This document shows, in pieces, positions 59,492 through 64,000 of a stretch of DNA of 64,000 nt. The notes beneath the pieces are model-generated. The model made no database searches. It was not told where the DNA came from and saw nothing but the letters and a program-made list of their open reading frames with translations. The stretch comes from Candidatus Daviesbacteria bacterium. Lineage in GTDB: Bacteria; Patescibacteriota; Microgenomatia; Daviesbacterales; UBA10151. The position numbers and the translations under genes are program-made. The stretch's first letter is position 1, and the number at the start of each line of letters is the position of its first letter. Where the stretch lies: assembly GCA_016176335.1 (NCBI GenBank), contig JACOXI010000004.1:82303-146302 (forward strand), read 5' to 3'.

Positions 59492-59740
59492 TTGGATAAA
59501 CCAGTAGGTAAAGTTGTACACTTCTATGACAAATTGGGTGTGGCCATAGTTGATCTTGAGTCAGGAGGATTAAAGGTTGGTGATGAGGTCAAATTCAAAA
59601 GGGGTGAAGAAGAGTTTGATCAGAAAATAGAGTCTTTACAGGTTGACCACGAAAGTGTGGATCAGGTAAAAAAGGGAGATTCATTTGGGCTGAAGGTTGA
59701 TAAACCCACCAAACCCGGTACTTCAGTGTATCTGGTCTAA
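59492..59740 (+). CDS. Small translation-factor beta-barrel-like protein
   Basis: VGKVVHFYDKLGVA, LKVGDEV, SLQVDH, GLKV; GGAGGTG Shine-Dalgarno. Confidence 0.85.
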   Translation: MDKPVGKVVHFYDKLGVAIVDLESGGLKVGDEVKFKRGEEEFDQKIESLQVDHESVDQVKKGDSFGLKVDKPTKPGTSVYLV

Positions 59741-59749
59741 GATTGGTAA

Positions 59750-60319
59750 CTACTGTACAATTATCTCGCCGATATTGCGGTCGGTGAGATTACAGGTATT
59801 TGTTTTAATGGCATAGGTGCCGGTTGAACTGAATTGCACCTCTATAATTTGATTATCCCCAATCTCATATCTTTTGTCCTTGATAAAAAGACAGGAGTTT
59901 GGGGCTACATTTTGGAATTTAAGATAATATTTACTATTTTTTGATAAAGTCACCTTAAAGTTAGCATCTTTGGATAAATCGATATCATATACTTTTTGAT
60001 CTACCCCAACTGATATATTATCTGCAGTTAAAACATTAATACTGATTACTTTTTCATCTGATGTTTGTTTATTAAAAACCGTATCTAAAACCTCTTGAGC
60101 CTTATCATAAATAGTTTCCTTTGTGTTATTGACAGCATTTTGAGAATTTTGTTCTAAATTGTCCTTCGTATCTTTGACCGAAGTTTGATAGCGGGTAACA
60201 GTTTGTCCTAAAGTACCACTGACAGACTCTCTTGCAGTCCTTGTGAAATCTCCAAACAGAAACACCAGCAGTAATGAGGCTAAAATGATGACAATAATAA
60301 CGGTGATAATCTTGACCAT
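59750..60319 (-). CDS. Hypothetical exported protein
   Basis: N-terminal TM helix; TATAAT 7 nt before ATG 60319. Confidence 0.7.
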   Translation of the reverse strand: MVKIITVIIVIILASLLLVFLFGDFTRTARESVSGTLGQTVTRYQTSVKDTKDNLEQNSQNAVNNTKETIYDKAQEVLDTVFNKQTSDEKVISINVLTADNISVGVDQKVYDIDLSKDANFKVTLSKNSKYYLKFQNVAPNSCLFIKDKRYEIGDNQIIEVQFSSTGTYAIKTNTCNLTDRNIGEIIVQ

Positions 60320-60370
60320 TACCCTTATTATAGACATAGTCCTTTGGGTTTTGATAGAATTTGATAACAT

Positions 60371-60441
60371 TGCGGGATCGTCTAATGGTAGGACGGTAGC
60401 CTTTGGAGTTACCTATCATGGTTCGAATCCATGTCCCGCAG
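60371..60441 (+). tRNA. tRNA-Gln(TTG)
   Basis: TGCGGGA/TCCCGCA acceptor, GTAGC-CTTTGGA-GTTAC, CATGG-TTCGAAT-CCATG. Confidence 0.96.
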
Positions 60442-60547
60442 CTAGCAAAATTTAGACTCTCTTTGAGCCTGAATTTTGATATGTGAGACTTAAGGATTGG
60501 GACCCGTTTACGAGGTTCGTTAATCCGCCGTAGGCGGATACGTCTCT

Positions 60548-60563
60548 ATCCATGTCCCGCAGC
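60548..60563 (+). repeat. 16-bp direct repeat of the tRNA-Gln 3' end
   Basis: ATCCATGTCCCGCAGC occurs at 60427-60442 and 60548-60563. Confidence 0.9.
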
Positions 60564-60593
60564 AAAGTCTATTTGCCGCTCTTCGTTCTACGC

Positions 60594-61319
60594 TCATAGG
60601 TCAAGTCCTGTTTGGTACATGATATATAAGCCAAATAGCAGGCTCAAAAAACCAGAAACAACCACCAGATAATGGTTTACAGTCTGACTTTTTCTTTTGG
60701 TCACCGCAATCGATGCCCCCAGTAATATGGTCACCACCATCATTCCTAAAACCACTCCGATATGGAATACAAACAGGTAAAATACTGCCAGAGTGGTATT
60801 TTTGATAGTGCTTAAAATTAACAGGGCAATGGCTGCACTTCCGGCTAACCCATGTACCAACCCCACTGTGATGGGACGGATGATGGTAAAAGCTCCCAGA
60901 TGGTGAAAACTTTTGTTTAGTAAAGTGGGAAAATGCAGGTGGATGTGTGAATGCTTAGTATTGCCGTTTGGGTGTGGATGTTGGTGGATAGTCAGTTGAG
61001 TAAATTTTCCTACGAATTTTGAAGAAAAATTAGTTAGGTTTAACAAACCTAAAATAACTAGCATCAATCCGACAATAAATTCCAAAAACATACCCAGTCT
61101 TGGTGGAACCACCAGGGCATATAATATAATGGGAATTCCCACCAAAGTTACTGTTAACGAATGTCCTATTCCCCAAAGTATCCCAATCAGCGCCGAATTT
61201 AAAATACCTTTTTTTGCCCGGCTGACAGTGGTGGTAACTGCCACTACATGATCCGCATCTGTGGCATGACGCATCCCCAGCAGAAAACTTAGGCCTAAAA
61301 TACTGATAAGATGGGGCAT
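60594..61319 (-). CDS. NiCoT/UreH-like nickel-cobalt transporter
   Basis: GMRHATDADHVVAV, WGIGHS, His-rich loop, GLVHGLAGSAA. Confidence 0.9.
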   Translation of the reverse strand: MPHLISILGLSFLLGMRHATDADHVVAVTTTVSRAKKGILNSALIGILWGIGHSLTVTLVGIPIILYALVVPPRLGMFLEFIVGLMLVILGLLNLTNFSSKFVGKFTQLTIHQHPHPNGNTKHSHIHLHFPTLLNKSFHHLGAFTIIRPITVGLVHGLAGSAAIALLILSTIKNTTLAVFYLFVFHIGVVLGMMVVTILLGASIAVTKRKSQTVNHYLVVVSGFLSLLFGLYIMYQTGLDL

Positions 61320-61355
61320 ATCTCCGCATGGTATCATATGAGGTATAATATTCCC

Positions 61356-61784
61356 ATGCCGGATAATCACCAGTCTACCAATACTCCCTATATTAAAAAA
61401 GTAGAAAAACCCTGGGGATATGAGCTCCACTTTGTTCCGGAAGGCTCACCTTACATGGGTAAGGTTTTGCATATCAATGGTGGTACAAGATTAAGTCTGC
61501 AAGTCCATGATAAAAAAATGGAAAGCTGGTATTTGCTTTCCGGTAAGGTAAAGATGATTTTGGAAAATTCTCAAGGTGAGCTTGAGGAAGTTAATATGGA
61601 AAAGGGCTATGGTTACACCACCAATATCAATCAGCAGCACAGATTGGTTGGTGAGGAAGATTCAGATGTATTAGAAGTTTCTACACCGGAAATTGGCAAT
61701 ACTTACCGCCTGGAAGATGATTATAAAAGGGGGACTGAAACCGAGGAGTTAAGAAAAGATCCAAACAGGGGTTGGCATAAATAA
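61356..61784 (+). CDS. Cupin-domain protein (mannose-6-phosphate isomerase type II C-terminal-like)
   Basis: VEKPWG, LSLQVHDKKMESW, HRL, LEVSTPE, RLEDDY. Confidence 0.88.
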   Translation: MPDNHQSTNTPYIKKVEKPWGYELHFVPEGSPYMGKVLHINGGTRLSLQVHDKKMESWYLLSGKVKMILENSQGELEEVNMEKGYGYTTNINQQHRLVGEEDSDVLEVSTPEIGNTYRLEDDYKRGTETEELRKDPNRGWHK

Positions 61785-61800
61785 TCTGATTATTTCATAC

Positions 61801-63120
61801 TCAAAGAATAGTCTTTACTGCCAAAATTAGCTCGGGATTACGAATATAGGTAAATAGTTGTTGTGCCCAATCAGGCTGTTTAATATTCACGTTTGGTTCC
61901 ACTCCTCTTCCTTCAATTGGAAGATTGTCATCCCGCAAAGTTATTGAATGTACTAAAAAGATGGAGTATTTTTCCGTATCGGATATTTGATTTTCCAATG
62001 GGAAAACTCTTTCCACTGTCCCCCATCCTCTGGTGGGAACACCCAAAACTACCCCCACACGGTATTTTTTTAAACCGGCTGCCATCATTTCTGCCGAGGA
62101 TTGAGTTTGATTATCAACAAGAATCACAATTTGTTTAAATTTGGCAATAGAAGGCAATTTGTCTGTTGGAGTTTTGAATGGTTGATATTCACCTTTGTGG
62201 TAAAAGTCAAAGGCATATTGGTTTTTGCCTATGAAAAGGCCCAAAAAGTAAGCAGTGGCATCTATTGCACCCCCAACATTCCCCCTTAGATCAAAGATCA
62301 GGCCATAGAGCGTGGAGTTATTTTTGTAGGCATCAAAAGCCTTGATGAATTCATCATATGATGTTGGTGAGAATTTTTTAAACTGCAGATATAAAATTCC
62401 AGGTTCGACAACCCTGGTAAAAATGGTTGGCTCAATCCCCTTTTGATCGTAGTTTTGTTTCCTGTCTATATTGGTCAAAACATCTTTGGCATATGTTAAC
62501 TGCTTCAATTTCTCCTTTGCTTCAGGGGTATTTTGACCCCTCAATTGTACTTCCTGTTTTTGGAAAGCATCTATTACGGCAGTTTCCGAAGCGCCTTTGT
62601 TAACCCCCAAATCCTTATACAAATCCTTTTCCGGATTTATATTCTCCACCGTATTTTTAAGTTGAACTTCTTGCTTTGTTGTAAAAAGTCCAGATCTTCC
62701 TGCCGGGTTTAATGAGCCCAGTACAGTACTTAAAACCAAAGGAATAAACTTGGATTTTTGATCTTGAGACAGATCTTTTTGAGCAGATAGAAGCTCCGAA
62801 ATTAATTGTTCCTTATTTTCAATTTTAGAGGATAGCAGTTTTGAGCCGCTTTTTTCCGCCGCCAGCTTGAAAAGTTCTATCAGCTGAATATCCGAAATGT
62901 TATCCCAATAATTATTTTTTATCTTGTTATAGGATTCTTCCAAAAATGCTTTCTTGGGCGATAAGCCCACGTACGGAGTATTTTTTTCCGTTTGTACTGT
63001 GGTTTTGTTCAGATCGCCACTGTTATTAGATTGTGAATAGCCGAAGCCCGCTCCTATTGAGAAAATAACTAAAATAATCAAATAATTTTTTAAAAGTTGC
63101 GAAATTACTCTTTTAATCAT
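61801..63120 (-). CDS. S41-family peptidase with a J-domain-like insert
   Basis: DLRGNVGG, TQSSAEMMA, TRGWGTV, IEGRGVEPNV; N-terminal signal or TM helix. Confidence 0.88.
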   Translation of the reverse strand: MIKRVISQLLKNYLIILVIFSIGAGFGYSQSNNSGDLNKTTVQTEKNTPYVGLSPKKAFLEESYNKIKNNYWDNISDIQLIELFKLAAEKSGSKLLSSKIENKEQLISELLSAQKDLSQDQKSKFIPLVLSTVLGSLNPAGRSGLFTTKQEVQLKNTVENINPEKDLYKDLGVNKGASETAVIDAFQKQEVQLRGQNTPEAKEKLKQLTYAKDVLTNIDRKQNYDQKGIEPTIFTRVVEPGILYLQFKKFSPTSYDEFIKAFDAYKNNSTLYGLIFDLRGNVGGAIDATAYFLGLFIGKNQYAFDFYHKGEYQPFKTPTDKLPSIAKFKQIVILVDNQTQSSAEMMAAGLKKYRVGVVLGVPTRGWGTVERVFPLENQISDTEKYSIFLVHSITLRDDNLPIEGRGVEPNVNIKQPDWAQQLFTYIRNPELILAVKTIL

Positions 63121-63149
63121 TGACGTAATGCTTTAGTATAATACAAAAT

Positions 63150-64000
63150 ATGGACTTTTTATCAATCATATTGATCGTTTCCGGTTTAATTCTTTTTGAA
63201 ACGGTCTCATCTGTTGATAATGCCATCATCAATGCTCAAGTTCTTTCAACCACGGGAGAGAAGGCCAAAAGGTGGTTTTTAACCTGGGGACTTTTAGTTG
63301 CGGTTTTTGTAGTACGCGGTACTTTACCATGGCTTATTGTTTGGGCAGTTGCTCCGTCATTAGGCCCAATAGGCTCATTAACCGCCACCTTCAGCGGCAA
63401 CCACAAAGTCACGGAGGCCATAGAGTCTTCAGCTCCCATCCTTCTTATTGCGGGCGGAGTATTTATGGTATTTTTATTTTTTTATTGGCTGTTTTTGGAA
63501 GAAAAATACTACGGACTAAAAGGTGAAAGATTTTTTCATAGCCAGGGTGCTTGGTTTTACGCAATAGTTTCTATACTTTTGTCCGTAATTGTCTGGTTTG
63601 CTCTTAAAATAAATCCCTTTATGGCCTTTGGGGCAGTTGTGGGGTCAACCCTTTTTTTCCTCACCCACGGTTTTAAGGAAAATGCGCAAAAGGTGGAAAA
63701 GCAAATGGAAAATAAAACAGGCAGTATTACAGATACCAGCAAAGTGTTTTATCTGATGGTAATTGACGCCACATTTTCCTTGGATGGAGTTTTAGGAGCC
63801 TTTGCCTTTACTTTATCTGTACCGCTTATTCTTTTAGGAAACGGCATTGGGGCGATAGTTGTTCGTCAGGTTACTGTTTCTAATATAGAAAGAATTAAAA
63901 AATATGTATTTTTGAAAAACGGTGCTATGTATTCTATTTTGATTTTAGGTCTGATTATGCTTTTGGAGAGCTTTGGGTTCCATATTCCAGCCTGGCTTTC
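63150..64000 (+). CDS. TerC-family (DUF475-like) membrane protein, truncated by the window edge
   Basis: Frame from ATG 63150: LFETVSSVDNAIINA, WFLTWG, IDATFSLDGVLGAFA, LKNGAMYSI. Confidence 0.88.
   Translation, partial: MDFLSIILIVSGLILFETVSSVDNAIINAQVLSTTGEKAKRWFLTWGLLVAVFVVRGTLPWLIVWAVAPSLGPIGSLTATFSGNHKVTEAIESSAPILLIAGGVFMVFLFFYWLFLEEKYYGLKGERFFHSQGAWFYAIVSILLSVIVWFALKINPFMAFGAVVGSTLFFLTHGFKENAQKVEKQMENKTGSITDTSKVFYLMVIDATFSLDGVLGAFAFTLSVPLILLGNGIGAIVVRQVTVSNIERIKKYVFLKNGAMYSILILGLIMLLESFGFHIPAWL

Noticed and set aside
47903-60455. Short ORFs 47903..48115, 52739..52945, 58969..59154 and 60243..60455
   Set aside because: They are shadows of tRNA genes or of the tRNA-like remnant.

Overview
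A gene-dense, AT-rich bacterial chromosome segment. Gene content and style (type IV pilus cluster, compact housekeeping operons, shortened aminoacyl-tRNA synthetases, many promoters abutting start codons) suggest a Patescibacteria/CPR genome, probably Microgenomates; this is inference. Contents in order: pilin and pilMNO cluster; trmD-khpA-rpsP-rnc-acp-nusB-rpmF-recG; an inserted three-gene AAA+/unknown/transglutaminase operon; archaeal-type tyrS; a RAYT transposase with its own REPs; F-type ATP synthase with atpC displaced; three GT2 glycosyltransferases; a Cys-rich surface protein; PBP1A; pheST; rplT-rpmI-infC-thrS; murT/gatD; yvcK; glmS; nine tRNA genes; a tRNA-flanked GIY-YIG/HEPN-like islet; a NiCoT transporter; a cupin; an S41 peptidase; and a partial TerC-type gene. 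The most striking unexplained pattern is about 20 short 7-bp-period tandem arrays, often as two inverted arms, inserted in frame into conserved genes and between genes. Other highlights: a C1:G72 tRNA-Tyr paired with an archaeal-type TyrRS, an S41 peptidase with a J-domain-like segment where the PDZ domain normally sits, an ACP lacking its phosphopantetheine serine, several REP-like palindrome families inside genes, and apparently widespread leaderless transcription. All calls are by eye; no database searches were run.
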